Origin: Moniliella sp. 'wahieum'
Lineage: Eukaryota
Length of the DNA stretch: 64,000 bases
Direction: 5' to 3'
NCBI GenBank assembly: GCA_003971905.1
Contig: RSEE01000036.1
Coordinates: 310,001-374,000 of the forward strand
Made by a program: the position numbers and the translations under genes
Part shown: positions 24,844 to 37,447 of the stretch, in pieces
Numbering within the stretch: position 1 is the first letter of the stretch
Layout: each line of letters begins with the position of its first letter
The notes under the pieces: model-generated
What the model saw: the letters and a program-made list of their open reading frames with translations, nothing else
Told to the model about the DNA's origin: nothing
The model's database searches: none

Positions 24844-26963
24844 GCGATGCGTGATGACTGATCGATGATCGATGATCGGCATGATATCATGCATCGATTG
24901 CCGGATCCAATGGGGTGGTACCCACCGAATCGGCAACGGCGCGCTGCCCTCGATCCAATTCACCCACCGTGTTCGCCACGCAGGGTGTCATGCCTCCCAC
25001 AAGTTCGGACTCCGACATGCTCCCGTCAGAGGCAGGCACCAGCACAAAACCTGGCATCCGAGTGTGAGATCTCAGAATCTGGGGATCTGGGATCTGGGAT
25101 CTGAGAACCTAGAGGCTCGGCTCAGCACTCAGTGTATGCCCACACCTCCTCTACTCTGTGGTGCCAGGACTACCGATGGCCGGTTACCTGTTACCGATTA
25201 CCGGTTACCTACCTTTTGCCTCTTCCGTACAACGTTGGCCGGTGTCATCATGAGACGCGTCTTCACCGAGACGCGAACGTGATAACATAATGGAACTCTT
25301 CATAAGATGAAGCATCGCAACTACAAGCAGACACACAATATAGTTCGGCTGCAACGGAAGTGAGGATTTTGAGGCCTTGATGCATACAGGGATTTGTGTG
25401 GGTATTATGTATTGCAATATGTGGCTCCCAGCTTTTTTGTGATATATCTCAACGAGGGCTTCTTTGGGAGGTCTTTGGGGGGGGGGGTATAATCGTTCTT
25501 TTGGCAAACCAAACAAATGTGTTTAGTTTTCCTTTATTGGCGCGTTATTGGACTGCCCTCCGCCAATCCAGCTTATTGCCACCTTTTCGGCCGTTGCCAT
25601 GCCAATCATAAATGTTCCTAAGCACACATATATATTGTAAGCGCGCCGACTGTATATAAAAAAGTACCGCCCGGCTCACGCGCTCATCGCAGTTATCCTT
25701 CGCACTCTCGCAGCGTCACGCCCGCGTCGCTCCTCCTCTCACGGAGAGCGATGTCACCGGTCACCCTTCGGCCTCTCCTGAGGCCCCAGCCTGAGGCCTA
25801 AGGCGCATGCCTGACAGACGCACGTGTCCGCACCACACACGCCAGATCGTCATAGCATCACAACACCACACCTTTCACACTTCCAAAAAGAGCTGCTATC
25901 TTATACTAAGATGAGAGGAAGTGCTATCGGATGATATTCTTAGTGCCTTCGCAGCCTTCGCTTGCTTCTGTTGGAGGGAGTGATGGGGTTCCCCTACACG
26001 GCCCTCAGTAGATCGGTAGTGACGCTCGTATATACTAAGATGCATCACGCACTCTGGTTGCCTATATATACCACAGAACACAAAAGTGTCTCCGACGCAC
26101 AGAAAACTGTGTGTGGTACCTTATTTATTCACTACGGGCGAAAGGTAAGACGGTGCGCACCGTACTCCTACATCGGACCAGATGACATCCACTGAGATCG
26201 ATCTCTGAATCTCCACCAAATCCATCAAACTTTTGATCCCTGTACGGTGGTCTAATAGTATCACAGAATCGATAATCATAAGCATAATGAAGATTCATAT
26301 GCATAATGAAGATGAGGTTCATTGACAGAAAAAAAGTCCTCTCTTCTCCTGTCACCGAATGACCACCTCTAACAGGACCTTGGTCTCCCTCGTTTAGCCC
26401 CGACTGTTAATCCATCCACTGTGTCGTGGATATTCTTTTCCCTTTGCTTTCTATTCTCTTCTTCGCAATCATCAGTTTTCGCCGCGTGGTATCCACTATT
26501 TTGATTTTTTAACTCATTTTCATCACGCATCCACCACACACACTACAGTTTCTGTCTCGGCCCCTAGGGTACTTTTTTGAGAGTGGGCATAAACTGTGTC
26601 TCCTCTGTGTACAATGAGTGCCAGCAAGTATCTCTCGGTCTTCAGCTTACTATTTGGTTAAATGCACCACATTCTTAGGGCTACAGGTTCTAGGGGCGTG
26701 AAAGAAAAAAAAGAGAATGAGTGCGAGTGGCTTTTTGGTGGGTAACTGTATAGTTGACGTTTTGTCTCGTATATGTACTAGAAATGTGAAAACAATATAT
26801 ATCCACCTCCCCATACGAAAACTATACAAGAAGTTTGTATATTTCCACCGCTCTATAACCCACCACAGCTAGATGCGTCTCCACCATCCAAAGCGCAGTC
26901 CTAGCCCCTCCTGACCGGCCCCACTGGCCCCTGGGTGTTGCTGTAACCAAATAAAAGGCTTTT

Positions 26964-26981
26964 TCAGATCTCAGATCTCAG
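26964..26981. repeat. 5+2 heptamer array TCAGA-TC-TCAGA-TC-TCAG
   Basis: Read directly from sequence. Confidence 0.95.
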
Positions 26982-28168
26982 CGCCAACCTTCTGGCCCAG
27001 GCACTGTGTATATACCCCTCTCAGATCTCATCCACAGCTTATCGATCACCCACCTTGTTTTAATAACACTTGCTTCTCGAACAAGGGACGAGAGTTGGAT
27101 ACGCGAACTGGTGGACACCAGTACTGTAGTTATAATCCCCTCCTTAAAGGTCTTAGGTTGTAGGCATTCTGTGCCTCCAGCGAAAACATGTTGGCTAGCT
27201 ATATCGGAACTACCGGCTACCGGCAATCATTAATCATTCATTAGTCATGCATCTTGCAACTTTGAGATAATCACGCACGTGGCCAAGACAGGGTTAAAAG
27301 TAGCACGTGACACTTGACAAACTTCCGACTAAGCCGTCATATGCGGCAAATCTCAGACGCTTTTCCGTGTTCGTGCGAGGCAGGCCTTAGGGAGGGGTGG
27401 AGTCCAGAAGATCCTAACAATATGTTCCGCATTCGCGTAAGTGTTTTACGAGGAAGGGGACTATTGGACGATTTTCTTACGCCGGGGGGCGCTGCTTTTT
27501 TGCCGTCTCTCAACATCACAATCAAGTGTAGGAAATGGATTTAACCTGTCTAAGGAAATTTTGTTGGACGAAGGAGCCAGAGTATAATAGCCGGAGCATA
27601 TATCCTGGGAGTATAGTATAGCGAACGGTGGATTATATCGATATACCCGATGAACGGTGGAGACGATGGCGGAAAGATGGACGTGGACAGTCGCCATCCT
27701 CACGGGACAGGCTGGGCGAAGCCCCATACATACAAGGCCGACGGACGGTAATCCAGAATCGCTTACCACGGTACACAAACCTGCTGAGAGCCAGTAGATC
27801 AGGGGTCCTGCCAAGCTCTTGTCACTAATATACACTAATCCAGGAAGGCTCTCGTGAAAGTGCTGTGCAGCAATCACCTATATTATCATATACATGAAAG
27901 TAGACTCAGGTCTCTACGTAAATGTGGCACGTGTGTGCACGGGAGAGAGAATGGTCGACACAGTAGACATTTGACGGCACAATCAACAATCAACATCATC
28001 GAGGATAACAGGCGAGAAGGGTCGACAATTGGGTGAAAATGACACAAAAAAGTATAATATAAGAACAAGAAGCTGCTCTACTCGGAGGAGAGAAATCGAA
28101 CAATCCACCGACCCCTGGTAGTAATAAGAAGGGGGAGCCCTGTCGGCGTCCGTCCTCACAGTACAGGC

Positions 28169-31100
28169 CTAGGCATACGCCACCAACGTCTGTGTTGAGG
28201 TCTGGGACGGTTGAGTCGCACCTTCGGATGCCAGCTCATAGCGAGGCACCTGGAAAGCGAGCCTTTTATGGGCAGAATAAGTGCCCTCTTGGCAGCCGCA
28301 ATAGAGGGACAAGGCAGGGGCCTACAGTCCCCGCCGCCTTGTTGCTGGGTGTGAGGCTTTGAGTTGACGAATCAACTCATCCGCTTCAGCGTCCGAGTCA
28401 TGGTCTTCTTCTATCCGGCGCGCTGAGCGAACCACCAGACCGTTTCGACAGGGAGCCTGTTGGCGCTTAGAAGGCAGCGCTGGGTTTTGACCGGGAGAAG
28501 GCTGTGGCGTAGAGGGGGTTGAAGAGCCAGAGGCACTTGGGCTATCGCAGCTGCAACTTCGTCGCTGACCACCCGTTGCCTCTGAGTACTTTGATCCTCC
28601 TTGGTTGGACTCGAGCTCTCCTGGAGGAAGAACAGCGCTTGGGCAACAGGTGCAGCTTTCGTCGGGATAGCCGTAGGTGCTCGCACATCGCCGCGGTTCG
28701 TTGCGCAGCGCTGAGGAAGTCGAGCCTCAATACGACGGGGAGCAGGCTGGGGAGGTGCCACGTCTGACTTGGGGGATTCAGCCTCCGCAGCTTCAGTCGC
28801 CACAGCTTCAGTCGCCACAGCTCCAGCATCAACATGTTCAGCAGCCACCGCAGGTTCTGCCTCCGCAGGTTCTGCCAGAGGAGGCTTATCCGAATTGCGG
28901 CTCGGTTCGGGTTTCGGCAGGACAGAAGACTGGGGGACCGAGGAAGGTTGTTCCATAACAGTCTGAGGAAGCTGAGTCGCCTTGGGGACCGGAGGGGGCG
29001 GCAGAGGGTCATCCTTTGCTTCATTCGCTCCGCGACACCCGCCATCAAGCCCGTCAGGGGGACTTGTAGATCCTCGTGTCCGACGTGGTGACCCTCACCA
29101 GATGGCGAAGAGGGTGGCACGTGGGCCACCGTGGCTGCCCTCACTGGCTCAGATTCTTCCACGGATTGATAAGGCAGAGCCGTTGTTGAGGCTCTGGTGA
29201 AGCTGCGGAGGAACTGAAGCTTGAGTGAAGGAAGAGGGCCCGGTCGGACCGGTTCCAGGGGCAACGGAAGTGGTGTGGTCACGTTGCTCGTCCACATCAA
29301 AAGCTGGGCCACGATCGCTTCCAATTGGACCTGGCTCTGTTCAGCGGATGGGCCAGAGAATGTGAACGGAACGTGACTGGCACAAGCAGCAACTATCTGG
29401 TCATCTTGAGACGGACCAGTAATTAGCCCTGAGGTTTCTGGCTCCGCTGAAAGTGATAAGCAACCCTTTGAATCATCGCTGTCCTCGATGGCACTGGAGA
29501 AAAGTCTGTTAGTACTCGTGTTACACATCTTTTTGAGGGGAATGGGCACGTACCTTGCAATAGGAAGGAAAGAGGCAGAAGAGGGAAATGGGCTCAGTGG
29601 GAATGTGGGCAACTTGGTTGTTGGCGAGCTCGGAAGCAGCGGTGTAGCCGAATTGAATGCCGTCAATGACACCGGCGTTATTGGCGCCCTGATGGCTGTG
29701 ACGCCCACCTCGACACCTTCTTGGGTGCCAATGGTGATGGCTTTTTGCAGTATGGCTTCGAGATTGACCGGACGGAGAAGGCATCGAAGGCGGGGGGCTC
29801 TGGAACGCTACCAGATCTGAGGACAAACTGGCTCCGGAACAAAAGCGTTCTCTCCGGCCACAGTGTGCTCCGGCTCCGATGAACCGACATCTGGAGCCGG
29901 AACGATGCAAGTGTTCTCGACGGTCACATCATTGTGTTCCGGGGCTGCATCAAGCTCTGATGAGACAACTGGTTCCGGAACGAAAGTGTTCTCTGCGGCC
30001 ACACTGTGCTCCGGGGCGGTATCAAGCTCCGATGAAAGAACAACTGACTCCGGAACGACTGTGGCCGTTGGGCTACCAGCAGCACGGTCCGGGGCCATAC
30101 TTGACTCCAGGGGGAAGACGGGGTCGCGTAGGATTAAAGCCACCTTGGCAAGAACTTCCTCGCATCCGCCTGGTAATCATATGAAGAGAGTTCGGCCTTC
30201 GCCTGGGCACCCGCAGCCACATGATGGCGGCCTGGCTCCGCGTTGGAACGTGTGGACCCCGTTCCGACGGTGGGGACCCCCACATCACATCCACTGGTGT
30301 CCATCCGCGCGACCCGCCGGTTGCGAGTACCAGAATGGTGGGACTGATGGGGGCGGCGGTCCGGGAATAGATGTCGTACGTTGGAGCCGGAAGGGTCGTT
30401 GTTCCGTCGAACAATGAGCTCATCTAGCTGAGGCAAATCGTAAAGCCGAGGCTTCAACCGTGGCCCTGGGGTCAGGGGCAGGGGGGCAGGCGCCACACTC
30501 TGGTCAGAGGAGGGGGTAAAGGAGAATCACTCGAGCTCGCCGGACGTGGATTCGGAGCAACAATCCGATCGCTGGGACGAGGTGAAACACACTCGAATCC
30601 AAGGAACGAGGAGAGGGAGTCATCACCCGACCATGCAGACGAGGAAAGTAAGGGTCAGCCGGCCTCGTTGGACGGGGGACAGCGCGGCACTCCAACCGTT
30701 TGAACGAGGTGAAAACACACTCGAATCCAAGGGACGAGGGGAGTGGTCCATGCACCAGCCACACGGACGAGGTGAGGGAGACCTGTTGATCGAACTCGCG
30801 GGGCAAGGGAACGGGGCTGCACTCTTGTCGCTGGGACGAGGAGTGGCTGGCACACTCGAATGCTCCCAATAAGGTGAACGACCAGACTCTTGCCAGGTAG
30901 GAGAGGGCATGACGTTACGCTCGCACCCAACGGACGAGCAGAAAGGGACACACTTGGGTCATTTGAACCAAGAGAAACACTTGCATCCTCCCGGAGAGGG
31001 GAAAGTGTCGCACTTGTACGACCTGACTAAGTGCAGGATCCATCCGCTCCGTCGGACGGGCTGCCTTGTCGAAGCCCTGGTGGATTCGGATATGCGAAGG

Positions 31101-32221
31101 AGGCATTACTGACCTCGTCCATTGAGAAAGAGGAAGTACAGTCGAGCCGCTTGGACTACGCAAGCGGTCAAAAAGTTTAGAACTCGGCCCCCACTTCTTC
31201 CAAAAACGAATCTGAGATGAAGACGACGGACTCCATATCGGCGTACGGTACCCGTCAACAGGTGCATGCATCCAGTCACTTCGGGGGAAAGGTGGTAGCC
31301 TCGCATCCGCCCCCACCGCAGCGGGGCGCACACCCAACCAGTTGCGTGGACTAGACGAAGAGGGCTCACAGGACGGAATGGTAGCAGCAGCCGAACCATG
31401 CTGCATTCCCATCACCGGAGGTGCTGGTGGCACGGTCCAGTCCTGAGCCGGACGGAGGGAAGAAGCGCTTGCATCCCTGGATGGAGGCATGGCCCGCACA
31501 TCCGTAGGGGTCCAACCAAACACAGGGCTAAACAGCCTAGAGTAGTACCGTCGTTGTCTGAAAGATGCAAGACGAGGTCAGAGACAAGAGATGGTGGGGA
31601 GGGGTATAAGCTGGACATACCGGGAAAGAAAGAGAACCTTGATCAATAGGGATAGCGCCCAGGGGTGCCTGGGCGCGTGTATCTGGCTGTGAGAGGTCTT
31701 ATCCGGCGTCTTCTTGGCTGGTGTTCGTGATCAGCCACAGCAGCACCGAACAGGCTAAAATAGTAAAGGTGCTCTAGGACCTCCAGCAGGTGTTCCCTTC
31801 GTTACACGCCTGTTTGCGGAGAACAACGAGAATGTGGAGTAGGAAGGCGAGGGGGGTCCAGAACAGGAGCGAGAGGAGGCTGTCCAGCCAGCCGACAGGG
31901 AACCAGAGGTGGTAGAGGATGAAGCGCAGCACAAAGCACCCTAAGGTGCATGCGATTCCGAGGAAAACAGGCGGGAGCACGCGAGAGAGGGTGTCGGCAG
32001 TGCGTGAGCGGCGATGAGGGGCCCACGCTGTACCGGATGGGGGCGCAAGCATCAAGGAAAGCGACGGCGGATACGAAGAGGATGAGGTGACGGAGGCGAA
32101 TAGAAGAGGAGGAGGTGGCAGAGGCGAAGAGGAGGGGGCGGTGGCGGATGCTAAGAGGAGGAGGTGGCGGTGATGAAGAGGGAGGTGGTGGTGGGGAGGA
32201 GGGCGGGATGAGGGCGAGCAC
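28169..32221 (-). CDS. Large hypothetical protein: hydrophobic N-terminal segments followed by a Pro/Ser/Glu-rich repetitive region
   Basis: Chain of overlapping minus-strand ORFs. Canonical intron 31558-31620 (GTATGT..CTGAC..CAG). In-frame peptide repeats (PEHxVxxENxFVPEPV; PRxLDSSVF; AVATE). No recognised domain; could be two genes. Confidence 0.45.
29810..30060 (-). repeat. Coding tandem repeat, about 65-80 bp units, 3-4 copies
   Basis: Recurrent CCGGAAC..GTTCTC..GGCCACA..TGTGCTCCGG..CTCCGATGA on the plus strand, encoding PEHxVxxENxFVPEP. Confidence 0.75.
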
Positions 32222-34007
32222 CTCGACTAGCTCTGTGGCAATTTGGGCAGCCAGGCTGCGCTTTTGCTTATGGACTAAACGAAGTTGCGCGCATTATATG
32301 CTGGGACGCCAAATAAGCTTATACCGTTTGGTGCCTCTTACTAGCGCAGACGGGAGAGAAGAGGCCTATACTGCCTAGGCCACATCCATCCATCCGCTTC
32401 TGCACAGCCAGTGAGAGGGACAACACAGGCGCCGTGTGGCCGCCGAGGCAGAGAGGATGTGTTTGAGGGTTTGGATATGTTTCAGAGAGAGAGCAGCTCT
32501 GTGGCGGGGGGCACATCAAACCCGCGAGGCCAGTACTCTGCTTGGCGCACGGCCAATATCATATAGACAGGCGCTCTCTGCAATACTGTTCGCGCTGCGC
32601 TCTAGTGCACATCGACGGCGTCCTCTTCGCCACCGCTCGTCTCTCTCTCGGCATCGCGTATTTTTGCCATCACAGTGTCGCCGTAGTGGCCTGTGCAGCC
32701 ATACTTTTCTTGCAGCAAGAGTGCTCTGGTGTTGTCACATATGTCACTGCTGCACAGTGCTGATTGCGGCGGGGCGTGTGTAGTTCGGTTTGTGTGCACC
32801 GAAGGGCACATTCGCACTCGCGCCCAGCCGTCCTCACCACCGAGACAGGTGCGCCAGGGAAGAGATGTCTCGCCCCGCACTCCCTTTTACACATGCACCA
32901 TCGCACGGGGCGAGTGTGGTGCGTGTGTTGAAGCTTGAGATCGTTCGGGTGGCGAGAACAGCGGGCAATGGTGGTCGCAACAAAAGGCAGGCGGAGTAAC
33001 TAGTGACTACAGTGGCTATTCCTGACTATAGTCAGCGGCTATATACGGACTAGGACTATAGTTCCTAGCTAGGAAAGCCGGATGCCCAGGCGCTGCCCCA
33101 GTGCGTGGTGGCGTACTGTGTCAGCCTCACAAGTTGTCGGAACGTCGCAACCCCGCGACAGGCACAGAACTACAACTTTCAAAGCGCGGTATATGTCTTG
33201 CTTGAGGAAGAGTGGGGGTTGTATTTCTGTCCACAGCGCTGGCTGCTGTTCTCTTCGACATGTGCTCTGGGTGTCCCGCTTTGACTGCTCCCAAGACGAA
33301 CCCGCTTATTAGCGACAAGTGATCTCTGCGTCAGCACCAAAATGATGGCAATCGCGGCGAGCAACACGCTGCTCACGCCGGGTGAGCGAGCTGTTGGTAA
33401 GGCGCAGCATTTCCCTCGCTCTCCGAGCAAGTGTGATGTTGATGTGAAGGTACTCCATTGGTAGTGGGAGGCGTGCAGCCCAGAGGGTGGGTGGGCCTCG
33501 CCGCAGCACACTGGGCCGCACGCCCCTAGCATCCAAGCTATGCTGCCCCAATACAGCTAAACCTCCTCCCTGCATGTTGCCGAGCGGGGTGGCCGGGGGG
33601 GCGGTGAGCAGTGACCGGTGACATCTGACATCTGAGACCTGGCATGTCTGACAAGAGTGGCCACTTATCGATTATCATCCATGCATCATGCATCATATAT
33701 CGGTAATCAGCGCCACACTGCCCCTTGCCTGCATCCTGCTGCCCAGGTGCCCCCACGGCGTGACTGTGTGCCATAAAGGCGCGTCTGGGGAGGCCCAGAT
33801 CGGTTGCGGGTATGCCTCGCATACCAGGCACTGGTGCTGTGCCGCGGTGGGCGCCAGGCGGGCCCAGCAGTGCCCCGAGGGAAAGCGAGCCTCTTCGACC
33901 ACGGCTGCTCCCTGACCGCATAAAACGCCTGCACGCCGCCGTCTGGTCTTCTTCTTTCTCCCACCACCGCCTATCTGCATCTCTGCAAACGACACACAGC
34001 ATCAGCA

Positions 34008-35753
34008 ATGGCCCCGCTCAAGTCGTCTGCCTTCTCCCGCCGCCCGCGCATCGGCCAGCTTGGCCCGCCCTCAGACACGCCCTCCCGCACAAGGGGCACA
34101 AAGCGTGCACTCTCCTCCGTCCTCGCCTTATCCCTCTCAGCCCCTGACCGGGCCCGCGGCGTTGCTCCCCACTCCTCTTCCTGCGCCGGCTCCGCTTCCG
34201 ATGCCCCGGCCTATTTGCAATCTGCCACGCCGGCGCCGTGCCATCGGCGCTGTTCCTCGGACCCCTGGTGGAGCAGCAGGCCACCTGCCGCCATCGCCAC
34301 CGCTGCCAGGGTTGTACCTGCCACTATACCCCCTCCCGTGCTGCGCAAGCGCGCGAATGAAAACGTCTTTACCGCTTTTGGTGCACCAGCACCCAAAAAA
34401 CACCAAGTGAACCATGCTCGCATCGCTGAAAACCTTAATACCACCCATTATTTCTCACCCTATCCCAATGAAAATGCAAGCGTACGTCTCCCCTCTCCAT
34501 CCATGCGCCCCAAATGGGAAGCTAACCCTGATCTTCACGTGCAGCCTTCTGTTGCCGACGAGGTGCAAGCCGACCCAGTGGAACTGGACCATCTCGCCGG
34601 CATTGGTGGTACCCAAGTCATTGGCCCCGTCCTGCGTTTTTCCCGGAGCGACAGCAGCGCCTATCTTCTGGCGCAGCGATACATCATTACCGGGGACCGT
34701 GGCAAAACCCCCTATGGACACGCAATGCTGGCCCATGACATGGTTACCAACCAAGAGGTGGTGATCAATGTCAGCCATACCGCCACGGACATGCGTGCCG
34801 AGAGCATGCGCCAGGCCCGGATCCTGCATGCAGTGGGAGCCATGAAGCCGGACGTCATTGGCTGGGTGCACATGCGCGAGGTGTTTCTCTACAACCACGA
34901 CCGCCTTTGCATCGTGTTTGACAGCAAGGCCGACACGCTGGCCCACTTTGTCAAGCATGACCTCCACGACCGTGGGCTCCCGCTGGAGCACATCCAGGCC
35001 ATCATGAAGCAGCTTCTTCTCTTTCTCGCCTCCCTTCATGACCAGGGCTTCGTCCATGGAAATCTCACTGGAGAGCACATCCGGTTGGACAGCACCGCCT
35101 CCGCTCTCATCCCAAATCCTTCCAAGAACGGCGAGCCGATCCGTTCCTTTACTCGCCAATGGTCCATGTGACGGGTGCGAGTCAGGTCCGCATCCGTCCC
35201 AGCACCAAGCCGAGTGCGCTTCCCAAGGCCAACCGTCCACCCGAGGCTCTGCTTGGCACCCACGCCTGGTCAGCTCCCCTCGACATGTGGGCAGCTGGGT
35301 GTGTGATGCTGCAGCTGATGAGGGCGAGCTGCCATTTGGCCCCATGAGCGTGATGATTGGCCAACGCAGGAGGCGTACAACCGGTACAAGGCAGAGAAGC
35401 AGGCCTTTGAGGCTAGCGACACGCCCCTCTTGGCGCAGCTGCAGAGCGCGCTGGGTGTGATGCCCAACAGCCTACTGGCCCACCTTCCTGTCGACAAGCG
35501 CCAGCAACTCTTCTTCCCCGATGGCACGGTGCGGACCACCAAGCCGATCCCCTCCACCCCACTTTCTCGGTACCAGTGCCACCAGAACGAAGAAAAGTAC
35601 ATGACCTACGACGTTTGCTTCGGCGACCTTGTCGATCAACTTCTCGAGCCCGACCCCAGCCTGCGCATCTCGGCCGAGAAGGGCTTGCATCACCGCTTCT
35701 TTGACCTCCAACGCGGCAAAGACTACCCACGCAACATTCACCTTCCGCAGTAA
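34008..35753 (+). CDS. CMGC (CLK/LAMMER-like) pseudokinase
   Basis: Kinase subdomain order is preserved: RYIITGDRGKTPYG, EVVINV, RLCIVFD, LHDQGFVHGNLTGEHI, NRPPEALLG..WSAPLDMWAAGC, LAQLQSALG, DLVDQLLEPDPSLRISAEKGLHHRFF. Two or three frameshifts. Confidence 0.8.
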
Positions 35754-37351
35754 CTGCCGTCCGGATTACTTCTACTTGAACTTTTGTTTTGGATCAGCGC
35801 CCAGCCCTTGATCCTTCGGCCCTGGACCCCCTTCTTGACGAGAAGGACAGATTTAACGTGGTCGAGCATATCGCTCCCTCGGTCCTGACTCGGGGTTTAT
35901 CGACCAACTCGTCTCCGCCATTGTTGGAGCATTCAACGACCAAATCATTTGGTCCCTTGGCCAACCGTGCCGGGGACGCATCCGACCCGTCGGATGCTAT
36001 GTTTCTCGAACCGGTTCCATTTACTCTGGTCTTCTTTCCCCCCTTCCCGTCATCGTTGGTATCGTTTTCGATGTCTACTAACCGAATCATCTTTTATCAA
36101 TGGATGGATGAAGCAAACCCTTTGGTATATCATACAGTGGGAAACCACTTCCAGCAGCCTCCATAGTGGAATAGTAGCTTACCAGGAAGCTCTTGTACTA
36201 CCTACTTTTACTAGGTATATGCGACAGAGCTCACAAGTGCGCATCCAGACGGTCTATATATAGGCGTGCCAGCAGAAAGTTGATAAATGATGAGTGGCAT
36301 GAAGAATCAAATGGTATTTTTTGTCCACAAAGGGGCAACCAGATGACAATTGTAAAGGCACATAGATCTTCCTGAAGAAGAATCCTTCGTCTGTCAACTA
36401 TCGGCACAGAGAGCAGACGAGCATCTGCCCCATCAGTAGGGAACTTTACATCAACGGATGGGCGACTATAACAGCGGCGTGTCTTGTATCTGTTCGACTG
36501 ACAGATCATTCTCCGTCAACAACTTGTATGTTAGTAACATACACAACACCTTTAGTGACAACAGCCTTCGAGGTAGGCTCGACGACAGGGTATAGGGTGG
36601 TAGGCTCCGTGACGGGCGTCGGCCCAGATGTGTCCGGAAAAGAAGACGAAGATGGGGACTCCGGGACAGCGTCCGTGTAGCGGTCGGCGTCGGCTGAAGC
36701 TGTTGGCTGTGGCCTCTTCGTGTTCACACAGGCACGTCAGAAACATTAGTGCCACATAGCCATGAGTTCATCATGGCGGGTGGTGATCACGAACGGATGC
36801 TCGCCTGAAGTACTGTCGGAGGTCTGACTAAATGGTCGTTTGCAAGACAACATCTACTTATGGGGAGTCAGATCCAAAAACGCTCCATCTGAAGAATTCT
36901 TCGTCACATTTCTCCCCCTCTTCGTCCTCCCTCGCTGGCACCAAAAGAGACGTGATGATAGCGACGATAACAGCTCCTGCATCCCTGTTGTGGACATCAT
37001 ACTTCACATACTATATCCCCACCACAATCGGACTGGTATATGTTTGGCAAAGCCCCGAAGAAATGCTTTGCAGGGTGCGACATGCTAATGATACCTCTCG
37101 CGATGAGAGGCGAGAGGGGACATCTGCCCGTCGCGTCCCAAGCGTGTCAAAGACCAGTTTTGGTTGTTGAGATACTAGTAGCATGATACAGGAAGAACCT
37201 GTCAAGCTCCTCTTAACTACTCAGGTAAATCTTCTCACTGCTCTTCGCCGATCCTTTTCTCCTTCTTTCCCCTACCAGTGAATCATTTGCTTCCCTTGGT
37301 CCTTGGTCTCATTCTCGTCACTCGAGCCTTACTAGAACCTGGATTAAAAAA

Positions 37352-37447
37352 TGACTTCGCCCGGGCTCGAACCGGGGACCTTATCCGCTATCAAACGCGT
37401 AGCGCACTTGTTAAGGATACGTGATAAACCAACTACACCACGATGCC
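37352..37447 (-). tRNA. tRNA-Val(AAC) with 21-nt intron (37388-37408)
   Basis: GGCATCG/CGAAGTC acceptor stem (one A-A mismatch), A box TGGTGTAGTTGG, anticodon arm TATCC-TTAACA^C-GGATA, T arm CCCGG-TTCGAGC-CCGGG, followed by a T6 Pol III terminator. Confidence 0.95.

Noticed and set aside
19456..26981. Heptamer arrays as CRISPR, telomeric repeats or restriction-site contamination
   Set aside because: There are no long repeats with unique spacers. The unit sequence differs between loci, arrays have only 2-4 units, and they are embedded in native fungal intergenic DNA.
25200..28100. AT-richer stretch as a degenerate transposon or effector cluster
   Set aside because: Only short, stop-riddled ORFs are present; I found no transposase or RT motifs and no clear signal peptides.
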